Positions 40,299 through 50,954 of a DNA stretch of 64,000 bases are shown here, one piece after another. A program made the position numbers and the translations under genes. Every line of letters starts with the position of its first letter. Position 1 is the stretch's first letter. Location: the NCBI GenBank assembly GCA_050084515.1, contig CM114271.1:9238001-9302000 (forward strand), given 5' to 3'. Below the pieces are notes generated by a model. It was not told the origin of the DNA, did not search any database, and was given only the letters and a program-made list of their open reading frames with translations. The DNA is from Blasia pusilla (Eukaryota).

Positions 40299-42883
40299 TC
40301 AAAGTGGTTTGTTTAAAATACTTCGCACTTCTTTGAGGGACATAATTGGTTGGTGGATTCCTACTCCTACCTCCGACTCCCTTAAAACTACCAGCAACAC
40401 ATGGAACATGTGCTTAGAAGGGAAGTACCTTTTGCCACTTGTCTCTCTTTGGACAAAGTCATCACATGAACATGTGGGAAAGCAACAGATGTGTACCATA
40501 TACACCCCTGTGACACTTGAATTAACAGTGTTGTTCCTGACCCAATACATCCTTCCTATTCCATTGCCACTCAAGACATCTTTCGTGGCGATGATCTCCA
40601 TTTTTGCCTCCTAAGCTGATGCGATTCACTTTGCTCTCTCCACCGTTGGCCTACACATCCTAAACCCACCTACTGCAATCCGTCAGATTCAGACGGATTG
40701 CAAGGCCGAGGCATCCCATGAATGACTTTACTACCCATCGGTTTCCGTTGGGTTGCACACTCGGGCAACCCGTCGCATCCGACACCTTGCTTGGTTTCTT
40801 CGGTTTGAAATCCCTATAGTTCCCACGCTTCTCAACTTGAGCTGGAACTTTACAAACAATTCTCAATGTGAGCTTGAGAAGACAAAATAGTGAACTCACC
40901 TGCCGCATGAAGTTTCCCCATTGTCTCATACGTATAGTCCACCAACTCAACCAAGAGCACAACTCTTTGTACTTCCCCTCAATGGCATGCTTCCTCCACC
41001 ACCCATGAAGTTCTTCTTGGCATTCCATGGCCTGCTTCAAGGTTTTTCTGTCCTTGCAACGTTGGAGTAGAGTGACATGCTCTGTCCTCTTATTCTCCTT
41101 GATGCAAGATTTGGTGTACCGGTTCACAGACTGTTGCCAATGGAAAGCATCCGACTTTTCCCTCTCCGGCTGAACCTCTCCACCCCATAACGCTTCCCGG
41201 ATAGCAATCCACCCAGGTTGTGCATTGTCCGCCATGAACCCATAAATTTCCGGAGGTGGCCTTTTGTTTTCCTTCACCACCTCCAATAAGAGTAACCAGC
41301 ACATCTTCAAATTGCCAACGTCTTCTGCCTTTACTTCACAGACAAATATAGTTTTGAGTCCCTTCTCCACATGGTCATAAACGTGAGCACCCATCTTCAA
41401 CCATCCGTTCAGCACTCTGAAGCAAATATCAAAGCTTACCCAGCTCCTGTAAAGATCTTCCCCTTCCCTCATTCGATCTATAAGATCGAGGCCACTCGAC
41501 GGACCTGTGGTTGACATTTTGAAGACATAGGCCCTGGATCCCTCGCCTCCTTGGCCCATGAACTACCATCTCTGAATGAATGGAAATCTGGAGTTGGCCT
41601 TGATTCTGGCGATGGCATCCATTTTGGCCGTCTTTCCATCCAGAACACGTATTTGACGCAGCAAATTCCGGAAGCATTCAGGATCAGCGAGAAATGCGAG
41701 ATTTTCCCATAGTTTTTTCTCCTCAGCCGCCGTGATCTCGCTCTGTCCAGGGATTCCAAGCAATTGTTCACAAATTTGTGATGCCGTTGTGAGCTTGATC
41801 ACTCCAGGCTTTGAACTCGGAGAGTTTCTGTAGACCTCGACAACTTTCTTCGCCACATCCTCCTTGATGTCTCTCTGAATTGCATCGGTCACAGGATGAG
41901 TGTGGGAGCCAACATGAACTGCCAGCCTTGTGTACTCTGACGTGGAGCCCAAGTCGTGGACAATGAAAAATATGTATGCAGGACACGCTCCAACGCAGAA
42001 GGGCAATGCTTGACAATGAGGACATCGATGGCCTCCCGGCGGTATGGTGGCAACGACCTCGTATGGAGTTTATGCATTCTTAGGGGGGAATTGCAACGTA
42101 TTGACTCGCCCGTTGCGCTCTAGATACGGGCATGCTGGACTTCTACACTCCAAGGCTCCGACGCATTGGCGGCGGGAGACTAGTCCGTTGAAGCCTGCAC
42201 CATCGATGATAATCAGACTTTATGTCCATACCCTTCAGGCGTCCTCCATCTTTTTTTTGAGCAGGAGCAGCAAGTGGAGGCAACTCAAAAATGCAATTAC
42301 CATCGTACGTGGGCGGCAACTCGTCGACAAGAATGTGTTTGAAAATTTTCAAGGCCAGAGACAAAAGCAAACTATTGCCTGATACTCGCAAGAGGAACGA
42401 GTAGGCGGACAGAGGGCCCGGTTGGAGTCCGACAGATCCACTGAGGTTGATAACATCCGGAATCTCTTCAGGAAGAACAACATTGTTACGATCATGTGAA
42501 GTTGGAGTCGAGGCCGGATCTACTGAGCTAGGAGTTGCAAACGTAGAGCTCGGAGCACTAGGAAATTCTCGACCGTCTACTTGGGAAACAGACGAATTCA
42601 GGGGCAGGCCATAAACTCTGTATTGACCATTTGCTAGAGGTAGGAGATTCCATACTTTACAGTCTCCAGTCACTGGCTGGACTGTCTCACCTATTATGTC
42701 CTCCGTATTGTCCACCCTAACATCCTTTGATACAAAGATGGTTCCAATTTGGAGAAGAAATCGAACAGAGAGAAAATTTTCATCCACTGCTATGAAAGAC
42801 TCACGAGCTTACGGTTGAACGATTTGTGATTGAGGAAGGGCCGCCAGATGACTGCCACAAGTGAGCTTCATATAATTATCCAT
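40299..42883 (-). pseudogene. MULE-like DDE transposase with SWIM finger (most of exon 2 deleted)
   Basis: ATG 42883; VHVGSHTHPV; WVSFDIC (D1), GFMADNA (D2), SDAFHWQQ (CxxH-equivalent); SWIM-like CSCDDF...FPSKH at 40299-40601. Confidence 0.82.
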
Positions 42884-43124
42884 TCCCAAAAATTTCGTAT
42901 GGGAGGAGGGTGAGAATGAGAAAGAGAATCAGAATGAGATTTTTTAATCTATAGTGAATAGGAAAATAGATACTCTTGACACAATTTTACTGACAAGATG
43001 AAGTTTGGTGGGTGAAATTTTATGACACAATGGATTCAATTCTGTTGCAATAGATTCAATTCTGTTGCAATGTGTTACCGGATTGGGGAAGCAGAGACGT
43101 GGGTTGCGAAGCACACTTCATTTT

Positions 43125-43815
43125 GTTGGAACCCGTCGGAGTCCTGGTAACTCAACAATTAACCCAAGCTACGCGAAGCCTGCAACCCGTCGGCTTCGGA
43201 CGGGTTGCACGCTTGTGCCTTACCTTCAAACGCAAACATGGTCGAAGTTGGCAACCCGTCGCTCTCCGACGATTTGCTCAGATACCGCTCCTTCTTGCCC
43301 GAAGATGGCGGAGGCTTGCAACCCGTCCGCATCAGACGGGTTGCCCAATTATCTCACGGTGTAACACTTACATGAAGGAAGCGTGCAAACCGTCTGTTCC
43401 CGACGAGTTCCACGGGTGCCGCACCTTCTTGCCCAAAGACGGCGAGGCGTGCAACCCGTCGCCCTCCGACGGGTTGCGCAAGGGCCTCACCTTGTTTTGC
43501 TTACATGAAGGAAGCGTGCAACCTGTCGGACTCCGACGAGTTGCGCGGAAAGCCCGCATTGTTAACCCTTGACGAGGGAAGCGTGCAACCCAACGGTCTC
43601 CAACAGGTTGCGCGGGTACGCCCCGTTCTTGTCCAAAGACGGCGGAGGCGCGCAACCTGTCGGTCTCCGACGGGTTGCGTGGGTTCCTCGTGGTCTTGTC
43701 CGAAGACGGCGGAGGCGCTCAACCTGTCGGTCTCCGACGGATTGCTCGTGCACCTCGCGTTATCTTTCTAGGACGGCGGAGGCACGCAACCTGTCGGACT
43801 CCGACGGGTTGCCAT
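43125..43815. repeat. Palindrome array (~67 bp period) in the divergent promoter region
   Basis: Units start near 43182, 43251, 43318, 43384, 43450, 43518, 43587, 43652, 43720 and 43786. Confidence 0.92.
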
Positions 43816-43901
43816 TTTTCACGTCCGGACTTCCGTAACGGCCGGCACGTCGCCGTCGAAAGGACGATGGGACCCAACGGTCAGCCCAACAGCTAGAAAA
43901 G

Positions 43902-43909
43902 TATAAATA
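43902..43909 (+). promoter_or_regulatory. TATA box of the ParB-MTase gene
   Basis: TATAAATA ~240 bp upstream of ATG 44141, conserved in the inverted copy at ~55251-55258. Confidence 0.55.
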
Positions 43910-45164
43910 GGGCAGAAATCACTCATTTCCGGTTTCTCATTTCAAGATCTCCATTCCTCTCCCGCGTAGTAGCTGATCAGATACCAAGGGGCGTTTCACA
44001 CAGCGAGTCATCGCGAGTCGATACGAGGGAACGAGAGCGAGACGGTTCGAGCTACCCATCAAGGCGACTCATCTCGACATCAGCAAGGCGATTGATCGAG
44101 CGATTCATCGTGGACATAGGTGGAGGCATTTCCGGGAAAAATGATGAGGAAAAAAGCTCAAGCAACTAAGTCTGGGAGCTTCACTCTGAAGTCCATTAGG
44201 ACTCCTGCGTCAGCATCTCCAGGGCCTCGTTCGGCAAATGAGATTAGGCAGCAGGAAATTGAGGAGCGGGAAAGGGAAGCGGAGATGCACAACCAGGAGC
44301 TTCTTGCGAGATGTGTACAAGAGGCGCTCGATAAACAGAACGCAGAGGTTGAGACGTCGCAGGCCATGAAGAAAAGGATCGCCGACGAAAAGAGAGAAAA
44401 GAAGCGTCTGGACGCGTGGGTGAGGAGAGCAGAATTGGCTAAAGCGAGGAGGGAAAAAGCGATAGCCATTGACGAAAACCCTGCCCGTCCAACCAAAAGT
44501 GTTGAGATGCGGGAAGTCCCCGATGAAGTCCCGGGACACAATCAACATAGCCGAAACACCAGAAGTTCAAATCACGGACGATGAGGTCATGAGGACCGCC
44601 AGCGTGGAGATGGTGGACATTGCCGAAGAAGCCGGAGAGCGGTCATTCTCGTCTCCAAGCCCGGAGGAAGAGATCGACCTCTATCAGATTGATGAGTTCC
44701 TAGTCGACTTGCCAACTGCTGTCTCAGACAAGTTGGTTGGTTGCGGACAATGGAATACGTCCGCGAAATTCAGTCCGACGAGGACATCGCCAAGTTAAAA
44801 CAATCGGTGGTGACAACATCCTACGTCGACAACTTCCCTCCCTTCTATGTTCAGCCTTACAACGAGCATGGAACCCAAGCCCTGGTTACGGAGGAGGACT
44901 TGGAAAAGCTCGACACATTCTGGAGGATGAGAGACCAGGATTTCAGAAGGCAAGTAGAGGGCACGGAATTCAGCTGGATGAGGAATCTACATTTCTTCAT
45001 CTGGGATGGAAATCACAGGTTCATGGCGTGGACCAAGTTTGCAGAGGAGCGGGCCAACTCCTTGGAGGCACATTTTTGCGTGAAGGCAGTGGTCCTTCAT
45101 CCATACCCTCATCACATGGCGACGGTGGAGATGGCCATGCATGCCATGAACACATAAGTATCTT

Positions 45165-45915
45165 CTTGCTGCAAACCGTCGGACTCCGACAAGTTGTTTG
45201 GGTCGCCACTGTTGTTGGGATGCTTTTGGCCAAACGCAACTCGTCGGAGTCCGACGAGTTGCTCGATTGATGAACGGGTTAGGTTGTTTTTTGCCGAAAG
45301 CAACTCTTCGGACTCCGACGAGTTGCTCGACTTGCCGCCTTTTCAGGATGTTTTTTGAAGAAAGCAACTCGTCGGACTCCGACGAGTTGTTCGACTGACC
45401 ACAGGTTTAGTATGTTTTTGGCCCAAAGGAATCCGTCGGAGTCCGACGGGTTGCTCGACTCGCCGCCTTTTCAGGATGTTTTTTGAAGAAAGCAACTCGT
45501 TGGACTCCGACGAGTTGTTTGACTGACCACATGTTAAGTATGTTTTTGGCCCAAAGCAACTCGTCGAAGTCCGACGGGTTGCTTGACTCGAAGCTGTTTG
45601 GAGGTTTTTTTTAATGTTTTTGGCCGAAAGCAACTCGTCGGAGTGCAACGAGTTGCATTGGGAAGTTGGTATTGCTAATTTCGCATCGAATTGCAGGTTT
45701 CCATTCAATTGCGCAACCTGTCGGACTCTGACGGGTTGCTATGTTCATGTTTGATACAGACTATCTGACAACCCGTCAGAGTCGGACGGGTTGAAACTAG
45801 GCATTCACAAATGTGAATGCAATCTGTCGCACTCCGACGGGTTGCATCATTTAGCTCGTTGCTAGAATCCGACCTTGAGCTGTGACGACCCGTCAGAGTC
45901 CGACGGGTTGCAGGA
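45165..45915. repeat. Intronic palindrome array (~55-70 bp period)
   Basis: About a dozen GCAACYCGTCGGASTCCGACGRGTTG units following the ParB exon. Confidence 0.92.
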
Positions 45916-48084
45916 ACCCATGTAACTTACAAATTTTGTGACGGGTTGAGTTAAGATGTGCAGGATTGTATCGGAGGGGAATGTCACCCACCACTGGATC
46001 CAGGACTGCGATCGGGTGAAGAAGGTGCTTACGACACACCCAGCAGAGTACAAGGGGTTCTTGGGCGACGCCTTGGTAAATCAGATGCTTGCAAAGGGTG
46101 CATAGATAAAAAAAGAAGACTTGGGCAAATAAGTTTATTTCCCAAGATGCAGCCGTAACAATCCTCTGCTGGTCGAAGATACAGGACGCGAAGAAGAGCG
46201 CTACACTGGAGCTAGAGCGGAGGGAGAAAGTATCTGGGTTTGAGCGCGCGAAATTCATCCAAGCTGCAGTATCTGCAGCCACAAAACACACGGCGACCAA
46301 GATGCAGCGCTACATCAGCATTCTCAACCCCGAACTTGGTCCGGAGTTTTGCAAGGAGCTGAAGGCGATTATCAAGCGCCAGCGGAAAAGGGATGAACAT
46401 CCGCAAGGTCAGATTGGGGAGAAAGTGTCCCTGGATCGCGTGCATCGGTTTGCGTTGGCCGGCATAAGCGAGTTTAGGAGGATCTGACTGATGAAAATGA
46501 GTCTCGAGGGCACAGAGGCCCAGAAGAGGGCGGCACATCATCCTCCGGGTGTGTCCGATCCAGTGATCTCCCACTGGCTCCGCGAATGGTCATTCTGGGA
46601 CGCGTTGCGGGTTATCGGGAAGTCCGTGCTAGACAGTCTGCAATCGGAGCTCAAAAGATTAGAGCCCATTCCGGATGAAGCAAACCAGGAAAGTTCTGTA
46701 GATTTCGAGGTTTGGCTCGATGACATATGGGACAAGCCAATCAAATACCCAGGATTCAAGACGATGTTCAAGCTTTGCGTCCTCCCTCAGGCAGAGCTTG
46801 ACGAAGAAATCGACGGGAACAAACGGGATCAAGCAAAGAAGAAGCGAGATCTTAAGGAGCAGGCGCCCGATTCAGTTCGAGTAAAAGCTGCCCAACGGAT
46901 GGTCTTCAGGTACCTCGTCCACTGTAAGAATGCAGGTACCTGGGGAAAATTACCGGCAGCCTTGAAATTGTGGGCTTCGCCGCCTCATGGAGAGACATTC
47001 TCCATGTACGACATGGAGATGGTGCAGCACATGTCCGATTGGGAGGTGGAGAATTGCCCAATTTGGCTTGAATTCAACGACCCTGAAGACATCATTATGC
47101 AGTGGCCTCAGGACGGGACAACATCCCCAATTTTGTGCAGCCTGAGGACTTCTTCGGAGGAGATGTGGAAGAGCAAGCCCTCGAGACAGCTGAGTTGGCT
47201 TCAAAGGTCCGCACAGCCAAAGACAAATCCACAGCGCGTCTCAAAGGCAAGGCGAGGGGAGGGAAGAATTTCGAGGCCGATTCTTCCCAAAGAGAGGCTG
47301 AAGATTCAACGCCAGAGGCGGAATCATCCGGACGAGCGGGGAGAGAGGGTCGGACCAGGTCCTCGGCAAAAAAAACCCCACCAGAGTCCGAGGTCATAGA
47401 GACCCCGACAAGCCGTGCGCAGACTCGGGAGAAGCGGAAGCAAGAGGTGCCAGTGTTGTCCCAAGGAGAATACAGTCCATCATCCTTGGGAAGACACAGA
47501 GAAACAATGACCCGGACAAGTGTCCTCCTATAGTTCACGAATTTACTGGATGAGCTGAAAAGCTTCAGTTCTCAAGCGTCGACACCCGCCATTAATAAAT
47601 TGACAACGCTGGGACGGAAGCTCCAACGAAACGGGCACGCTCCCTGAACGGTGAATGGAGTGGTCCAAGAGGTTGCGGTGGATCTCTTGATCGCTAATCT
47701 GCCCTCGGGGTTGCGACTGTGGGACAAGAATCCGTCGGACGGGGTACCTAACTGGAATGTTCCCCTCTCTTATGACCAAATCGCGCTATTGTTCTCCTTT
47801 GCAGACGCCTATCTGAGTGACAGGGGCTTCTTCTTAGTGTTGACTGGAGGGAGCGAGGATGAGCTTTTCAACCTCCAGTGCGTCAAGAGGTCGCTAAAGT
47901 GGAGGACGGCGCAATCGTGGATCATAAAAAATGAGTACCCACTCTGATCCGCGACAAGTCAAATTCGTGTAGTATAATCTCAAATATATATTCAAATTCC
48001 TGTAGTATAATCTCAAATATATATTCAAATTCGGGTTAGGCTCAATGCGTGTGAATTTCAGATAGTATATCTCCGTGGTTTTTG

Positions 48085-48395
48085 TCCGTGAGCAACCCGT
48101 CAGAAGGCGACGGGTTGCTGGCTTAGAGCAGCCCATGCTTGGCTAAGAGCAACCCGTCGGTTTCCGACGAGTTGCATCTCTCCCAGAAACATAGGGAAAA
48201 CCGTGGTGTAATTGCAACCCGTCGGAACCCGACGGGTTGCACTTCCTTTTGGTTTTTCCCTGTGTTTCCGGAAAGCTGAAACCCGTCGAAAAGCGACGGG
48301 TTGCTCTCACCCAAGCATGGGCTGCTCTAGGCCAGCAACCCGTCGCCTTCCGACAGGTTGGTCATGGAACCCGTCGAACTCCGACAGGTTGCTCC
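48085..48395. repeat. Intronic palindrome array between the MTase exons
   Basis: Same palindrome; homologous to 10440-10770 and 52280-52635. Confidence 0.9.
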
Positions 48396-49006
48396 AAAGT
48401 TAGTAATTAAAAAAGTTCTCTAGGGTCAAGCCGAGTTCTTTGGTGACGTGTTGCACATTATGCCAAGTTGTTGACATTCTTTCCAACGTGCTTCTTTACA
48501 GATGGACCACTCCTACGTTTACTGCTTCGTTCGGCCCGAGCACAATTTCCAGGTGTTCAAGATCTAGGATCCTGTGGATCCATGCTCAGATGGGTAGAGC
48601 TTAGATAGTTTTGTACAATTCCCCAGAATTTACATGCAAGATGGTACTCCACTTCTGGAAGGAAGGGAAAAGTCGCCAGCCCTATGTAAACGCTCATCAA
48701 GCTCTGCTCAAGGCCGGGTGACTTGGTATTGTGGCGGGCTTCTTAACTTTTGGCTCGTTCCCCTACACTCGTCAAACCTGTTGTAGGCTTCTTTTCTTGT
48801 CTAAGATGTGCAGGATTCCTACTACCTGTTGGATTGCCATTTCGGATTCCCAACCTGTTGGATTTTTGTGGATGATGGGTGGAAGGAAATCACTTCTAAA
48901 AATATTTCCTTTCTTATGGTGAGCTTTCTTACGGGTTGGGAGGGGTGCAGCTTCTAGGTTTCTCAGCTTTAGGATCTGAATGAAGGGACATCAGTTCCTC
49001 TTTATT

Positions 49007-49870
49007 GAGGTGCGGTAAGAGGAGAGGAAGAGAGGAAGAGGAGAGAGGAAAGAGGAAACTACCTTCAACCGAAATAGATACTTTTTTTTAAGAGAGTTTC
49101 CGTTGGGTTGAAGAGAGGAAACTTTTTGTGTGAATTTTTTTGCACTTTTTTGTTCATTTATTAAGCAGTCCCACAGTTTTTTTTCCTCTTCCATATTTTG
49201 GCAACCCCTCTGAGTCCGACGAGTTGCAAATTACACAAAATTTAGAAAACTGAAAAATCAGTGGAATCATAAGTGTGGAACCAATCACTTTTTCCATCCA
49301 AGGTCTGGAAAAAATCTATCATTTGCCCCGGGCTGAATAGAGTTCAAGCTCAAAGTGAAGGTTGAGGAAAAATAAAAGAACAATCTAAAACCTCATTTTG
49401 CATCCTCAAAGTGGTTTGTTTAAAATATGGTTGAAGGCTTCCACATACATTTTTTCATCACCAGATCTCACAGCCGCCTTGACATAGAGCTCGTAGATCA
49501 ACGGCCCCTTTCCTTTTGTTATGCCTTTTGTAAGGAAGATATGGGATGTTGCAGACTGTATTGCTCTTGCCTGGTCTTGTTGGCATGCCTCCACAAGTGA
49601 AATTCGTTGGCATGCTTGTGATGACCTCCAAGAGGAATAAACACTTTCTGCTCCACTTGTGTTGGGGTAGAGGGCATTTTCATGAACGTTCAATCCCTGC
49701 AACGATGGCAATGTTAGAAGGGAACAAAAATAACTCAGGAGTCAAAGCAATAAGCGACCTGTCGGAACCAGACGGGTTGCAGGCCCGAGGCATCCCAGGA
49801 ACGACTCTACGACCCGTCGGGTTGTAACCTTAAACCCACCTACTGCAAACCGTCGGAACCAGACGGGTTG
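49007..49870 (-). mobile_element. Element left end plus deleted transposase exon 2 and intron fragment
   Basis: GAGGTGCGGTAAGAGG at 49007; ORF 49406-49711 with YPNTSGAESVYSSW (candidate catalytic E). Confidence 0.8.
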
Positions 49871-50199
49871 CACACTCAGGGGGGGCTGGTATTCTGGCAG
49901 GAGAGAGTAAGAGAGGAGAGGAAGAGAGGAAGAGAGGAGAGTCTCTCTTAAAAAAAAAGGGCCAAATCCGCCTCCTCTCTTCAAAACTTTCTGACATATT
50001 TGAAATTTTTGTTTGCTTTCAAATCCATGAAATCTTTAGAAGAGAGTAGGTAGAATTTGGCCCTAAAAAAACCTCCTTTTTCCTTGGGGCAAAAAAAAAG
50101 TAGACATCATAAGACCACTACAAACATTTTTCCATCTCCTCATCTCGGTCAACAAAAAGCAGTGCCCTTGGTATTTTTGTTGGAGGACCACCTGGATGC

Positions 50200-50850
50200 C
50201 AACCCTAAGCATCTACTCCAAGGCATCTACTGCCTGAAATTTCTACCTCATCTACTTCTGAACCTGCCCTAACTAAAGCCTCTTGAGCAACATTGATGGC
50301 ATAGGCTCGACCTGTCTCTTGGACATGCTTGAAGGTGAGATCTACCTCTATATTCTTCCCATGCTTGCTTCTTCTCAATCTCGTTCGAGCCCCGTCCTCA
50401 GTTCACACCTCCACTTAGCTCCATCTACACAAATCTTCCAGAAATCACTCCTTGGATCTTCTCAACTCCATAGATCTCTCCCTTGGATTCTCAAGCTTTA
50501 TGGCCTTCAAATGAGGTCCTCTAGGCTTCCATGAGGAATCTTCTTGCCCACAAGAGTCCAAGCATTTGAGCTCAGCCTCCATTGACCTCTTCTTAGCCCC
50601 TTATTCTTCATTTCTTGGCCCTAACAATCAGATCCACCCCCTTGGTTCAAACCCTCCTCTACAACAGCAATCAAGCACTCTATCTCCTTCATTGGATACC
50701 CTGGAGACTCCCTAGTGCCTACACCATCTCCCTTGTCTCCTCTAGGCTTGAGGTCAATGGAGTGACTTGGCTGCATTATCACCTTGTACAATCTTCTTGA
50801 CTTGTTCTTGACGACTCTTCTTTGGGCCTTTCTCTTGCACCACCTCCACA
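50200..50850. other. Unrelated insert in the element's 3' region, possibly a retroelement fragment
   Basis: Not present in homologous 12150-13160; strongly pyrimidine-biased; no diagnostic motif. Confidence 0.4.
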
Positions 50851-50954
50851 AGTCCAAAAAACATATTCCAGAAAACTTTTACAAACACCATTATGGGTTC
50901 AAAAAATCTTGTCCTTTATTACCTCCGAAGGAACCTCGGAAATGTACATTGAAC

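Larger units (their letters stand above)
44141..48727 (+). pseudogene. Multi-exon ParB/Srx-like plus DNA amino-methyltransferase-like protein
   Basis: Exon ~44141-45153 (coiled coil; FFIWDGNHRFMAW at ~45005), short exon ~45964-46120, long exon ~46152-47960 ending with VAVDLLIANLPSG..., exon from ~48502 (MDHSYVYCFVRP...EKSP...LCSRPGDL). Stops and frameshifts are present. Confidence 0.72.
39786..49006. mobile_element. Best-preserved copy of the large MULE-like element (left end, transposase on minus, palindrome-rich intergenic region, ParB-MTase on plus)
   Basis: Left end GAGGTGCGGTAAGAGGAGAGG at 39786; divergent genes 40299-42883(-) and 44141-48727(+); internal deletions near 40660, 44738 and 48727. 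Confidence 0.85.

Noticed and set aside
43125-43815. CRISPR-like array (regular palindromic repeats with ~40 bp spacers)
   Set aside because: Spacers are related to one another, repeats are degenerate, there are no cas genes, the context is eukaryotic, and the same motif fills introns.
44141-48727. Bacterial contamination or prophage as the source of the ParB and MTase motifs
   Set aside because: The gene has GT-AG introns and a TATA box, is interleaved with plant retrotransposons, and occurs in many decayed copies.
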